A stretch of 45,612 nt of DNA from Chiloscyllium plagiosum (Eukaryota), in assembly GCF_004010195.1 (NCBI RefSeq), contig NC_057757.1:9123657-9169268 (forward strand). Direction: 5' to 3'. Shown piece by piece: positions 1-11,729 of the stretch (the stretch's first letter is position 1; each line of letters begins with the position of its first letter). The notes beneath the pieces are model-generated. The model was not told the origin of the DNA. It did no database searches and saw nothing but the letters and a program-made list of their open reading frames with translations. The position numbers were made by a program, and so were the translations under genes.

Positions 1-1009
1 CCTCGTAAACTGTTAAAATATGAGTGACAGAGAACTCCCAAATTCGACTGTTTAAATAAAAACAACAATTCTTTTTTTAAAATCTGTAAGTTAACATTTT
101 ACATCAACTCTTCACTACTCTGAGACCCCCTTTCTCTTAACAGCTTATTACCCCACTCCAACTCTACAACAATACACTCTTTCAATAAGATGCTTATTAA
201 AATTACAAAAACTTAATTTCAAGACCACAAAGTATCTGTTTTTTTTCGGTGTCTTCTTCAGGCTATGGATATGCCTGGGTCATCTTCTTTCATTTTATTG
301 TGAACATGTTTCATATGGAAAGACACCTTTGATAGACAGTGTTTCCTAAACTCTTGGATCTGTGTTGATGACATTGTCCCTGTCTGCAATTTTAAAAATG
401 CTTGCACTTTTAATACCCAGAGGATCGGATCATTTCATTGATTCGATTTTTGAAAAACACTAAATTCAAACTCGATTTCGTTTTAGTATCCTGTGGAATA
501 ATTTAAACTGATTGGTAAAATTAGAATTGTTCTCCAATGAGGAAACATTTAGATTACTTATAGTGTGGGAACAGGCCCTTCGACCCAACAAGTCCACACT
601 GACCCTCCGAAGGGCAACCCACCCAGACGTATTCCCCTACATCTAACACTATGGGCAATTTAACGTGGCCAATTCACCTATGCTGCACATCTTTAGACTG
701 TGGGAGGAAACTGGCGGACCCGAAGGAAACCCACGCATAGACGGGGAGAATGTGCAAACTCCACACAGACTGTTGCCTGAGGCAGGAATTGAACGCGGGT
801 CTATGGCGTGGAGAGGTAGCAGTGCTAACCACATAGCCACCGTTCCCCCAATCATCTCAGGGCTCTATTTCAGAATCAAATGTTACCTATTTTCAGTTGT
901 CATTGACACTCTGGGTCTGCCATCCTCTCATATCACAGGTGCTTGTAAGCTCTCAGAACAGCATTAATCCTCTCTTAATGGTACAGTAAACGCTTTCACC
1001 TTCTTACCA
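1..1009 (-). mobile_element. Solo LTR (same family as 34849-35796), interrupted by an HE1 SINE; runs off the window start
   Basis: The reverse complement of 968-1009 (TGGTAAGAAGGTGAAAGCGTTTACTGTACCATTAAGAGAG) matches the start of the LTR at 34849 (TGTTATGAAGGTGTACAGGTATACTGTACCTTTAAGAGAG). RC of 460-530 matches CCAATCAGTTTAAATTATGCCCCAAGATAC...TTTGAATTTAG, and RC of 1-75 resembles 35660-35740. Confidence 0.7.
549..848 (-). mobile_element. HE1-type tRNA-derived SINE, near full length
   Basis: Minus strand starts GGGGAACGGTGGCTATGTGGTTAGCACTGC (Pol III A box) with a GTTCAATTCC B box and the TGTGTGGAGTTTGCACATTCTCCCCGT core, and ends in a CR1-like 3' tail followed by TAATCTAA. Confidence 0.9.
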
Positions 1010-1229
1010 TTAATACCCTGATGTCAATATAGATAAGTGGAGCCAATCCGGATTTCACATGCCCTGTGGTTTGTCAATAATACATTCACTCTGTCACGTG
1101 TGTGTCAGGGCTGTTGTTGCTCCATTGACAGCATGTCATTATTTGACTCCATCCTTGGGAATATAGAAGTATTTCACTTGCTCACACTCGTGTGTGTGGC
1201 AGGACTTCAGTTGTTTCATGGGGACTGTG

Positions 1230-1510
1230 TTGCCGTGACAATCTCAATGTTTGTAGATGGCACCAAATTTGGAAGAATTTTAAAGTCTATGGAGGACAGT
1301 GTGACACTCCAACAGGACAAGAACAAGTTGATGTAGTGTTCAGGTGTATGGAAGTTGGGGATCAATGCAGAGTATTGTATGATAATGTACTTTGGTAGGA
1401 TAGACCATGAAAGAGACTTTAAAACAGGCTGTATCACGAAAAGAGGGTGCAGGAGCAGAGGGTCCTGGGTATATATGAGCAGAGATTATGGAAGATGTCA
1501 AGACAAGTAA
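1230..1510 (+). mobile_element. Old CR1-clade LINE reverse transcriptase fragment
   Basis: ISMFVDGTKFGRILKSMEDSVTLQQDKNKL is a decayed ISKFADDTKIG..V.SEED...LQ.D.D.L motif. Confidence 0.7.
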
Positions 1511-1774
1511 ATATTACAGATTAGTTTTAGTATCTAACCTGTTCACAGGAGGAGGTATAGGAGGGAGCCGATGTGCTCCCTTCCTGGGATGTGGAGGTGA
1601 TGATGTGTTGTGAGCCCACCCTTCTGCCCACCAAGACCGTGGGATTCCATGTGTACCAGCTCGACACAAAAGGGATGTGGCATCATGGCCACGGGTTCTA
1701 AGTTGTGCCGGGGGAAACAGAACTTCCAGTGGTATTAATGTGAGAATTGCTCTTCACTGAACATTGCTTCTTAC

Positions 1775-2481
1775 TCGGTTGGTGAAACGTAGATGTTTCA
1801 GAATCTCCACACGAGGCGTCCTGGCCCTCTCTGGCTCGAACCAGGTTTCACCCCACATGGCAGGAGGAGTGGGGTGAAGTAACTGATATTGGGCATTCAA
1901 AACACAGCCTGGCTCTTTCTGTCCTATTCCAGGCAGTTTCTCCTGGATTGGGAGGGAGAGTGGGAGTGAGAGATCCTGCTGTTAGTACTGGTGTAGTTGG
2001 GGAGAACTGTGATGTGCCTGGTGGGAGCCAGTCCATAGTGTTGTATCCATGCAGTGTTATTGGTTTGGGATTTGCAGCGGATGGACATGCAGTGTTATTG
2101 GTTTGGGATTTGCAGCGGATGGAGAGAGAGAGAGGTATGTCGGGGAGGTGCTGCATGCAGTAGTGAGAGTGGTGGAGCATGAACCTTTTTTCTTGGGAAG
2201 GCGCTGTTACTGATTTACAGTGAGTGTGAGGGAACAGAGAGAATGCAGTAACCTTTACACTGACAGAGCGGGGAAGGTTATTGAGGCTTTTCTTGTGCAG
2301 CTGGACATTTTGTTAGAATTCATATCCTGCACTGAGCTGGGTAGTGAGCTCAGACCATGCTTGGTTTGTCTGGTGGTGATAACCCCTCAGGGAGTAGACT
2401 GGACCCCCTGAAACAGTCCATTTACCAGGACCTCCAAGTCCCTGTAAACAAATCGTGGTGTAATTGCCCCTTATCCGCCAT
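1775..2481 (-). pseudogene. Decayed two-exon Myb/SANT-like DNA-binding gene of a PIF/Harbinger-type DNA transposon
   Basis: Manual translation from the ATG at 2481 gives MADKGQL/PRFVYRDLEVLVNGLFQ/HHQTNQAWSELTTQLSAGYEF*QNVQLHKKSLNNLPRSV. A second exon at 1942-1775 is bounded by CAG and GTAAG and reads EK/AWNRTERAR. This resembles Myb_DNA-bind_5 (NAIF1/MSANTD-type) proteins. Frameshifts and a stop are present. Confidence 0.6.
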
Positions 2482-3255
2482 GTTCCAGGTTAACTGTGCA
2501 AGGCAGCTCCGAACTGAGGAAACTCAACCGTGTGCCCATTGGCTTTTTAAAGATGGCACCAGTGCCAGTGTTCTCAGAATAGCCAGGGGCATGCGGGCGA
2601 TAGTGAGTGCCTCCAGCCATGAAGGATGGGAGAATCAGTCTGGTATTGACTGCGAGGGACCACATGGGGTGGGGTGGGTTGTGAATGAGGTGGGTTTGAT
2701 GCAATATCCCCAGGAAACTACCGCAGCATCGTACAGACAATCTCTCTGTCACACTCAATGAAAATGGCACTGGAACAAATTATTGTTAGAAATCTGCAGA
2801 ACGAATGTGCATCCAAAACCGTCCATCACCCGAACTCACACCATACAAGATGCAATTTGATTGTCTTCATTTCAACATTCTGAAACTGGTGAACATATCC
2901 TTCCATTGCATGTCTTTCGATATTGCCCTCTCTATTGATAACATCAAGCCTCTCCAATTTGGCAATATTTAAACTGATTCCTCCACAAACTCTTTCTGGC
3001 AGTGATTTTCATACCCACAGCACCACCTCGTCATGACACAATGGTCATATGTAGCTGGAAATGGATTGGAGCTGCGCATCCTGTCACTTCCAGCATGGGC
3101 TGCAAGTTTCCAAACGCTCAGAAGCGATCTAACACAGCTTTACAGAGCAATGCACTGGAGTGGTGTACACAGCTTAACAGTTCCAAATTTGCAGATTAAT
3201 TCACAGATGATCACTACATAGCTCACTGCGCTGGTCAAAATATCCGATTAAGTTT

Positions 3256-4060
3256 TAAAAATCAATAAACAGCTGTGGTTTGCATAGCTGTCTGTGCTGG
3301 ACAGATATATAGTCTGGGTTTATAGATCAATGCACTGCTGGTGTCGACACAGCACCAGGTACTGGACAGATATCTAATTCTAGTTTATAGATCAATGCAC
3401 TGCTGTGTTCTGCACAGCTCCCTGTGCGAGATAGATATCTACTCCGGGTTTATAAATGAATGCCCTGCTATGGTCTGCAGAGCTCCCCATGCTGTACAGA
3501 TATCAAGTCCAGATTTATAAAGCAGTACACTGCTGTGGTCTGCAGAGGTCCCCATGCTGGACACATATCTAATCCGTGTTTATGTATCAATGCACTGCTG
3601 TGGTCTGTTTAACGCCCCGTGTTGGACCGATCTCTAGTTCTAGTTTATAGATCAATGCACGGCTGTGGTATGCGTAGCTCCCCGTGCTGCACAGATATTT
3701 TGTCTGAGTTTATAGGTCAATACATTGTTGTGGTCTACATAGCTCCCCGTGCTGGACAAATGTCTAGACCTAGTTTATAGATCAATGCACTGCTGCAGTC
3801 TGCACATCTCCCGGTGCTGGACAGATAACGAATCTTGGTTTATAGATGCATGTTCTGCTGTGGTCTGCATAGCTCCCGGTGTTGAGCGGATACCTAGTCT
3901 GGACCTATAAATCAATGCACTGCTGTGGTCCGCACAGCTCCCGGTTCTGGACAGATATCTGGTCTGAGTTTATAGATCAATGCATTGCTGAAGTCTGCAC
4001 TGCTCTCTGTGCTGGACAGATGTCTAGTCCGGGTTTATAGATCAATGCTCTGGTACGATC
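3256..4060. repeat. 65-bp tandem repeat, about 12 copies
   Basis: A TATAGATCAATGCACTGCTGTGGTCTGCA...GGACAGATATCTAG-type unit recurs at 3321, 3386, 3451, 3516, 3581, 3646, 3711, 3776, 3841, 3906, 3971 and 4036 (exact 65-bp spacing). Confidence 0.95.
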
Positions 4061-4379
4061 CGAACATTGCTTCACTCTGAGCAGATTCCACATTGTACAG
4101 ATTGCTGGGTTGTACTGAGCAGTACATTAACCTAGTGTACACAGTGTTCAACAGTAAACAGATATCTCCTCGGGGTTGATGGTGCATGGGTTGGTTCTGT
4201 GAGGTGGATTGAGAATGTGGTATATCTAACCATTTCAGTCTTTAGTTGTAATTTTTGTGATTGGACCCTCCGTCTCTCACTCCATTACTGTTGCAGTGTG
4301 CCCACGGTGAATGTTGGTAGCCGTGTTGGTGAATACCCACTGTCCTGGCAACATCCACTACTCTTCATTCAGAAGCATT

Positions 4380-5412
4380 CATAGAGTCATAGAGTCACAG
4401 AGATGTACAGCATGGAAACAGACCCTTTGTTCCAATCCGTGCATACCGACCATATATCACAACCCAATCTAGCCCCACCTGCCAGCACCCGGCCCAAAAC
4501 CCTCCAAACCCTACTTATGCATGCACCCATCCAAATGCCTCCTAAATGCTGCAATTGTATCAGCCTCCACCGTTTGATCTGGCAGCTCATTGCACATACT
4601 TACCACCCTCTGATTGAAACATTTGACCCTTAGGTCTCTTTAATATCTTTCCCATCTCCCCTTAAACCTATGCCCTCCAGTTCTGGATTCCCCGATCCCA
4701 GAGAAATGACTTTGCCTATTTACCCTATCCATGCGCCTCATTATTTTGTATAGCTCTATAAGATCAACCCTCAGCTTCCGAAGCTACAGGGTAAACAGCC
4801 CCACCATGTTCATCCTCTCCCTATAGCTCAAATCCTCCAACCCTGACAACATCCGAGTAAAACGTTTCTGAACCCATTCAAGTTTCACAACATCTTTCCG
4901 ATAGAAAGGAGACCAGAATTGCACGCAATATTCCAACAGGGGTGCAACCAATGTTCTGTACAGCCTCAACATGGCCTGTACTCAATATTCTGACCGAAAA
5001 ACGAAAGCATACCAAACGCCTTCTTCATTCTCCTATCTACCCGCGAGTCAACTTTCAAGGAGCTATGAACCTGCACTCCAAGCTCTCTTTGTTCAGCATC
5101 TCCCTCGAACTTACTACTAAGAGTATAAGTCCTGCTAAGATTTGCTTTCCCAAAATGCAGTACCTCGCATTTCTCGGAATTATACTCTATCTGTCACTCC
5201 TCAGCTCATTGGCCCACCTGGTCCAGATCCTGTTGTAATCTGAGGTAACCCTCTTCGCTGTCCACTACACGTCCAATTCTGGTTTCATCTGCAAACTTAC
5301 TAACTGCACCTCTTATGCTCACATCCAAATCATTCATGTAAATCACAAAAAGTGGAGGACCCAGCACCGATCCTTGCGGCACTTCACTGGTCACAGGCCT
5401 CCAGTCAGCCAT
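4380..5412 (-). mobile_element. CR1/HER1-type LINE, 5'-truncated (RT C-terminus, 3' UTR and (ATGACTCT)n tail)
   Basis: Peptides WRPVTSEVPQGSVLGPPLFVIYMNDLD...SKFADETRIG and LYRTLVAPLLEYCVQFWSPFYRKDVVKLE; the octamer tail lies at 4381-4400. Confidence 0.95.
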
Positions 5413-6189
5413 TTCCATCGTCCTCGAGTCTCCATGTCGACAGAAAGTGTGGCCTCTCAGGTAAAGGCTGCCCCCTTGGTACACGGCTCAACATGCCTCC
5501 GCCTGACCACTCCCCACCGCCAACGAAACACATCAAAATATCCCGTGTGCACTGAGAGCAATGGGGCCCACTGGAAACATCAGGGTGGAGACTATCAGGG
5601 AAGTGGAGCAACACTTCCCATGTCTGAACTGGTCAGTACTCAGGGTTTCATTAAGTCTTGAAATCCCTCTTAATTTATGAAATATACAGCCTTTTATCCC
5701 TCCTGAAGAAACATCACAAGTTCACGGTTACCCACATTTTATTCGATCGACCAAGATTTTGTCCGTTGCTAGTCCATTCACAGATTCTCTACGTCCTCTT
5801 GATAGCTTCAGTTCCTGCCTATCTTAATGTCAGTTTAAATTTAGTTAGAACACGTTTGTTCCATTTCTGGAAACCGTTGATATAGTTTGCAATTAGTTGA
5901 GGCCCCAGCACTGGTCACTGTGTCACGACAGTCGTTAATTTGTGTTAAACTGATAGAGACTGATTTCTCCATAATTTATCTCTGCCGTGGTTCAGTAACC
6001 GATCCTCCCCGTTATTCCTGTGTAGCAGCTTTCAAAGACTCAATGTTCCGTTCCATTTCCTGTGTAACCGGTATGAGAGATTAAAAGATAGGCTCCAATT
6101 GCTGAGTAACAGCCACTAGCGGACGAATGGCGTCATTCTGTTCCTGTTAAAACTCTTGATGGGCTGAATAGCCTGTTTCAGCGTCGGTG

Positions 6190-6978
6190 TAGTCGTGAAT
6201 GGTGCTGAAAATTTTGGAATCATCAGTGAACAGCGCATTTCTGACTTTATGAAGCAGGGAAGGCCCTTGATGCTGCCGCTGCTGCTAGCCCACAGTGTCT
6301 CACAGATGCCCAGTTTCAACTTGTTCGGTCCTTTAGAGGTATGTCCTACTTCACAGGAGGGGGCGGCACATACCACAGTGCATCAGTGTATTCAATATGA
6401 GGCTGAGACTTTCCCTCCACCAGAACTGTGTGCTGGCTGCTCCTACAGATACTCTTAAAGAAAGATCCATCTGGGAAAAGGAGTTTGGTGAGAATATGTC
6501 CCTCTTGTTTGTCCCGCCTTCACTTCCCCCCGTCTGGCTAGTGTGTATTTGAGGCCCCACCCTCCTCAGTCAGTGGTGGGCCTGTGGAGATACCCTTGGT
6601 GGAAGGACATGAACTCCCATACCCAGAGGATGGTCCGTGCCCGTGTCACCCTCAGTGCTTCCTCTGACATTTTTTCGACATGGAGGGGAACTGAGTTATC
6701 ACCGAATGGTGGGGTGGGGGTTGCAGGAGATGTACATCATCAGGCGATTTCCTTGACCATCTGTGACCTGTTACCATGAACCTTCCAGGCTTCTAGAATC
6801 AATGTTGGGGAATTGCAGTGTAAATCCTTCCCTGACTGTATCCCAGGGTGTCCGCACCACTGGTGGGTGTGTCCTGCCGGTAGGACAGGATATGCACGGG
6901 GATGGTGATGGGGCTTTATGAAACATTAGTCATCAGGTCTGATTCTGAGAGTATGTCAGAGTCAGACTGTTTACTGAA
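6190..6978 (-). mobile_element. Decayed CR1/L2-clade LINE (AP-endonuclease region joined to an RT fragment by internal deletion)
   Basis: The minus strand resembles the endonuclease segment ...EEALRVxRAxxxLWVxxFxVxxQ, followed near 6270 by a frameshifted FINDLPSIIRSEVGMFADD-like stretch (ORF text KGLPCFIKSEM). Confidence 0.6.
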
Positions 6979-6987
6979 TGGGAGCGC

Positions 6988-7240
6988 AGTGCTGGTAAAG
7001 CACAGCAGGTCAAATAGCATCCGAGGAGCAGGGTATTTCGAATATAAGCCCTCAATCAGGAATGAGGCTTGCGGGCCCGAGGGCTGAGAGATAAATGGGA
7101 GGGAGCTGGGTTGGGGCTCGGCCTGGGATGGGGGGAAGGTATCTGAGAATGTGATCGGTAGATGGTGTTTAGGGAGAAGTGATAGGGCAGAGAGGAGCGT
7201 GCAGTGGATATCTGGGAAATCTGATGGAATGGTCAAGGAG
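6988..7240 (-). mobile_element. Penelope-like element 3' end / pLTR with a decayed hammerhead motif
   Basis: Matches the 3' end of the GIY-YIG element at 10111-11050. RC of 7036-7062 reads TTCCTGATTGAGGGCTTATATTCGAAA. Confidence 0.75.
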
Positions 7241-7308
7241 TCCCCCGGAACATTCTGACTCCAACATTCTAAAACTGACCTTCCCCGAAACATTCTATCC
7301 CTGACATT

Positions 7309-7572
7309 TTAGATTAGATTAGATTAGATTAGATTAGATTAGATACAGTGTGGAAACAGACCCTTCGGCCCAACAAGTCCACACCGACCCGCCGAAACGC
7401 AACCCACCCATTCCCCTACATTTACCCTTTTTCCCTAACACTACGGGCAATTTAGCATGGCCAATTCACCTGACCTGCACATCTTTGGACTGTGGGAGGA
7501 AACCGGAGCACCCGGAGGAAACCCACGCAGACACAGGGAGAATGTGCAAACTCCACACAGTCAGTCGCCTGA
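7309..7572 (-). mobile_element. HE1 SINE, 5'-truncated, with (TCTAA)n tail
   Basis: An (AGATT)n run at 7311-7344 is followed by the HE1 body GGACTGTGGGAGGAAACCGGAGCACCCGGAGGAAACCCACGCAGACAC. Confidence 0.92.
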
Positions 7573-8125
7573 TATTGTTTGTGAACGGCCGGGCGTCAGT
7601 GAATTGAACAAACGATATGATTCCGAGGGAAGAGATCCAATCTCAGGGAGAATGAGACATTGTTCCGAAGTCCGCTCAGGCAGTTAAAGGGGTGAATACG
7701 TTTCCACTGTGTTTACATTTCTTCACGATACAGGATCGACCACAATATAGACAAATAGACAGAAATTTCCAAATCCGTTTGTCTTCAGGAAACTGGGAGA
7801 GAATCCTTCAGGACAGCAACGTTTCCACCCTCCGTGTTAAGAACTGGGAAGGAGTGACCTGTGTCTGCTCTCGAGTGATCGAGTGTGTGGGAATGTTCTA
7901 GAAACCATCTGTCCTTATGTATGTGTCTCTGTGTGTTTGTTACTTTGTGGTTTATGTCACATTTTTGTCAGTAATTCCCACCTTCCCATTTGTTATTCCA
8001 GCTCCAATTATTTTAATAAATCCCTGAATACAGGGACACATTTGAAAGTCTCACTGTGCCCCCAATCAAACGGGTCCCTTTATCTCCAGGCTGATGGATA
8101 ATGCGTTTGTTTTCCTTTCTTACAG

Positions 8126-8998
8126 TTAACATAGTGACCATCTAAGTCCTGCTTTCTAAAGATTGTGGATTGTCTCCATGTGTCAGACGTTACCTGGGGG
8201 CCATGGCAGCCGCGGATCTACTGGTCATTATCCTCGACCTGACACTGAGGCACATTCCCATTGTTTACTGGGAACAGTTTCATTTCCTGGTCTCCGTCCC
8301 CGTGTGTAATATCCACGCCGTCCTGCTTTATGCAGCCACTGACTCTTCTGTCTGGTTCACCGTCACTTTCACCTTTGATCGGTTTGTGGCCATTTGTTGC
8401 CAGAAGTGAGAAAAAGGTGGCTGTGGTTCTGGGAGCATTGACTGTGCTGAGCTGTTTAAAGAATATTTTCTGGTATTTTATGCTCACGGCTTGGCGCTGG
8501 GGAACACACCCTGGTTTTGTGCTGTAACAGACGCTGTGTATGACACACGTCTCTGGGTTACAATCGAGTTCCTCCACCACATTCTAACCATTTCTCCTGA
8601 TTCTGCTGCTCAATGTTCTCACCGTCAGACACATTTTAGTGACCAGCAGAGCCCGCAGGAGACTCCGCGCTCACACCAATGGGGACGCTCCGTCTGACAC
8701 TGAACTGAGAAACCGAAAAAAAAACATCATTTTACTGTTTGTGATCTCGGCCAATTTCATCCTGTTATGGTCAACGTTAATGATGTATTCTATATGGAGA
8801 CGGATGAATTGGATTGGGTATCGGTCTGTGGCTCTCCATGGCTTTGTGCTGGAATTGGGCTTCATGCTGCAGCTCCTCAGTTGCTGCACAAACACCGCGA
8901 TTCATGCCGTGACCCAGACTAAGTTCAGGCAGCAGCTGAAGAATGTGCTGAAATATCCCTTCACCCAAATCCATCAAGCAATCAAATTCACTCATTAA
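8126..8998 (+). pseudogene. GPR139-like class A GPCR pseudogene (main coding exon, TM1-TM7)
   Basis: Acceptor tttcctttcttacag precedes VNIVTI*VLLSKDCGLSPCVRRYLGAMAAADLLVII...VWFTVTFTFDRFVAICCQK, then KVAVVLGALTVLSCLKNIFWYF, PWFC...IEFLHHILT, LNVLTVRHILVTSRARRRLR...IILLFVISANFILLW and GFMLQLLSCCTNTAIHAVTQTKFRQQLKNVLKYPF. There is an in-frame TAA at 8143-8145 and about three frameshifting deletions (near 8407, 8490 and 8590). Confidence 0.9.
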
Positions 8999-9207
8999 TC
9001 ACACCAACCGGGATTTTCTCATTTCACTTCAGTGTTTCAGCGATGGAGCAGCCTGTCGCTATGGTAACAGACTGAGGGTAGCGCTGTTTTGTCCAACCAT
9101 ATCCTACAGGATGTTACAGGGAAAAGTTTCAATGTTTGTCACAACTCAGGGGCCAGTGAGAAAAGGCACCATCCCACTGAGTGTATCCATCACTTCAATT
9201 TATAAAC

Positions 9208-9213
9208 AATAAA
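9208..9213 (+). promoter_or_regulatory. Candidate polyadenylation signal of the GPCR locus
   Basis: AATAAA lies about 210 nt after the stop codon, with a GT-rich stretch at about 9250-9273. Confidence 0.4.
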
Positions 9214-9486
9214 AATGTTCATTAAGAAGTGTCGAGCAGCAGAGTGAATGATGTTTCTGTGTTTCTTTGTGTTGAAGAAGCTGAGCTGGAGAGAGACAGA
9301 CTTCGCCCCAAGTCCTGGTCCTCAGAGAAAGGGAAGGGCCAGGGCCCTGAGACCAGGAGTGGGGGTTAACTCCCTCGGTCCTTGCTTTCACTTCTGGATC
9401 CCCCCACACTAACGTGGCCTCCCCATTTCTTCGAATCCACATTTTCTCCTCATTTCTCGCTCTCTTTCTCAATCGCGCTCTCGCAT

Positions 9487-9556
9487 GCACACACACACAC
9501 ACACCTCCCCGGTTTCTCCATCCGGCTCTACTCTTCTGTAGATAGAGAGAATAGAC

Positions 9557-9588
<32 letters not shown>

Positions 9589-9610
9589 TCGCGAAAGAGA
9601 GAAAGAGAAT
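9487..9610. repeat. (CA)n and (GA)n microsatellites flanking the assembly gap
   Basis: Seen directly in the sequence. Confidence 0.9.
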
Positions 9611-10110
9611 NNNNNNNNNNNNNNNNNNNNNNNNNNNNNNNNNNNNNNNNNNNNNNNNNNNNNNNNNNNNNNNNNNNNNNNNNNNNNNNNNNNNNNNNNN
9701 NNNNNNNNNNNNNNNNNNNNNNNNNNNNNNNNNNNNNNNNNNNNNNNNNNNNNNNNNNNNNNNNNNNNNNNNNNNNNNNNNNNNNNNNNNNNNNNNNNNN
9801 NNNNNNNNNNNNNNNNNNNNNNNNNNNNNNNNNNNNNNNNNNNNNNNNNNNNNNNNNNNNNNNNNNNNNNNNNNNNNNNNNNNNNNNNNNNNNNNNNNNN
9901 NNNNNNNNNNNNNNNNNNNNNNNNNNNNNNNNNNNNNNNNNNNNNNNNNNNNNNNNNNNNNNNNNNNNNNNNNNNNNNNNNNNNNNNNNNNNNNNNNNNN
10001 NNNNNNNNNNNNNNNNNNNNNNNNNNNNNNNNNNNNNNNNNNNNNNNNNNNNNNNNNNNNNNNNNNNNNNNNNNNNNNNNNNNNNNNNNNNNNNNNNNNN
10101 NNNNNNNNNN
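9611..10110. other. Assembly gap (500 N)
   Basis: Run of N. Confidence 1.
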
Positions 10111-11050
10111 TTTCAGGCATACCCCCTTCATCAGGAATGAGGCTTGTGGGTCGGAGGAGGGGGGGGGGTAGCTGAGAGATAAATGGGAGAGGCTTGGGGT
10201 TGGTGGGGGAAGGTAGCTGGAAAAGTGATAGGTGGATGAAGGTGAGGGAGAAGGTGAAAGGTCAGGGGTGGGGGAGAAGCGATGGACGGGTCCGGAGGGC
10301 GGTGCCGAGTTGGAAGGTTGGGACTGGGATAATGTGGGGGTGGAGGGGAAATGAGGAAGCTGTTGAAATCCACATTGATCCCATGTGGTTGCAGGGTCCC
10401 AAGGCGGAATATGAGGCGTTCCTCCTCCAGGTGGTAACGGTTTGGCGGTGGAGGAGGCCCAGGACCTGCATGTCCTTGACGGAGTGGCAGGGGGAGTTGA
10501 AGTGTTAAAGCCACGGGGCGGTGGGGTTGGTGGGTGCGGGTGACCCAGGGATGTTCCCTGAAACATTTCGCAAGAAGGTATCCTGTCTCTCCAATGCAGA
10601 GGGGACCACATCGAGAGCAACGGATGCAGTAGATGACATTGGGAGGGGTACAGGTGAAGTTCTGATGGATGTGGAAGGATCCCTTGGGGCTGTGGATGGA
10701 GGTGAGGGGGGGGTAGGTATGGGCACAGGTTTTGCAATTTCTGCGGTGGCAGGGATAGGTGCCAGGTGTCGGGTGTGGGTTGGTGGGGGGTGTGGACCTG
10801 CTGAGGGAGTCGTGGAGGGAATGGTCTGTCCGCAACACTGTTAGGGATGGGGAGGGAAATATATCTCTGGTGATGGGGTCCGTTTATAGGTGGCGGAAGT
10901 GGCGGAGGATGATGCGATGTATACGGAGGTTAGTGGGATGAAAGGTGAGGACTGGGGGGTTGGGGGTTTCTGTCCTTGTTGCGGTGGGAGGGGTGGGGTT
11001 CAAGTGTGTGAAGTGGAGGAGATGCGCTGGAGGGTATCGTCAACCACGTG
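10111..11050 (-). mobile_element. Penelope-like retroelement fragment: GIY-YIG endonuclease plus pLTR with hammerhead motif
   Basis: GTYPCHRRNCKTCAH...FTCTPPNVIYCIRCSRCGPLCIGETG...FREH...LEEERLIFRLGTLQPHGINVDF. RC of 10111-10137 is TTCCTGATGAAGGGGGTATGCCTGAAA. Confidence 0.92.
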
Positions 11051-11099
11051 AGAAGGGATGGAGGCCACCTGGGACTTCTGGGAGCTCCTCGGTTAGCTT

Positions 11100-11720
11100 C
11101 CTGTGTTTAACCTATTGTTGGGGATGTATTATTGTATATAAAAACCTCAGTAAGATTCCAGACTGTAACTCACTCCTTGATAATTGTTGTTTTGTAAACA
11201 CTCCTCTCAAATGCCTCCTTTAGTTTCCAATCTACAACTCAGTGCAGGATATCTGTTATTCCATACATAAACCCCACGCCTGAATTAGATTCCAGTGTGT
11301 CACTCACTCCCTGATATCTGTGAATCTTTCCTACATCTTGATTACTTACCAGGTTGTAACTTACTCCAAGGTATCTGCTATTCTGTACACTCACCCTCAT
11401 GAACCCTTCGGTTAGATTTCAGTCTGTAATTCACTGCCAGGTAACTGTTAGTCAATATGTTAAACATCCCGAACCCTTCAATTAGATTCCAGACTGTAAC
11501 TTACTCTCGGGTATCTGTTGTTTTACAGGTAATCCCCTCAAAATCTTCAATCAGTTAGTAATTCGCTCCCAGCTATCTATCATTCCATGTATAAATCCTT
11601 CGTTAAATCTCTTGAATAGATTCCAGACGGTAACTGAATCTGGGGATATATTATTCCATGCCAAAACACCCTCAAACCCTGAATTAGATTTCAGACTGTA
11701 ACTCAGTTCAGTGTATCAGT
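11100..11720. repeat. Degenerate ~70-bp satellite (ATTAGATTCCAGTCTGTAACTCACTCCC..GTATCTGTTATTCT..ATAAAC family)
   Basis: Recurrent TTAGATTCCAG.CTGTAAC motif at about 65-72 bp spacing. Confidence 0.85.
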
Positions 11721-11729
11721 GTGTTATGT

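Noticed and set aside
2860..3200. Possible exon or LINE remnant (PERV...SLNI.K and SKFAD-like words)
   Set aside because: Too decayed to assign. It is probably an old LINE fragment, with no splice-supported frame.
5658..5885. ORF ending QILYVLLIASVPA, resembling a GPR139-like first exon (YYP.LA..GVP)
   Set aside because: No GT donor follows GTTCCTG and the similarity is too weak to support a call.
9200..10737. Long ORFs of 250-420 aa
   Set aside because: They are artefacts of reading through the N gap and microsatellites. Only the PLE GIY-YIG frame is meaningful.
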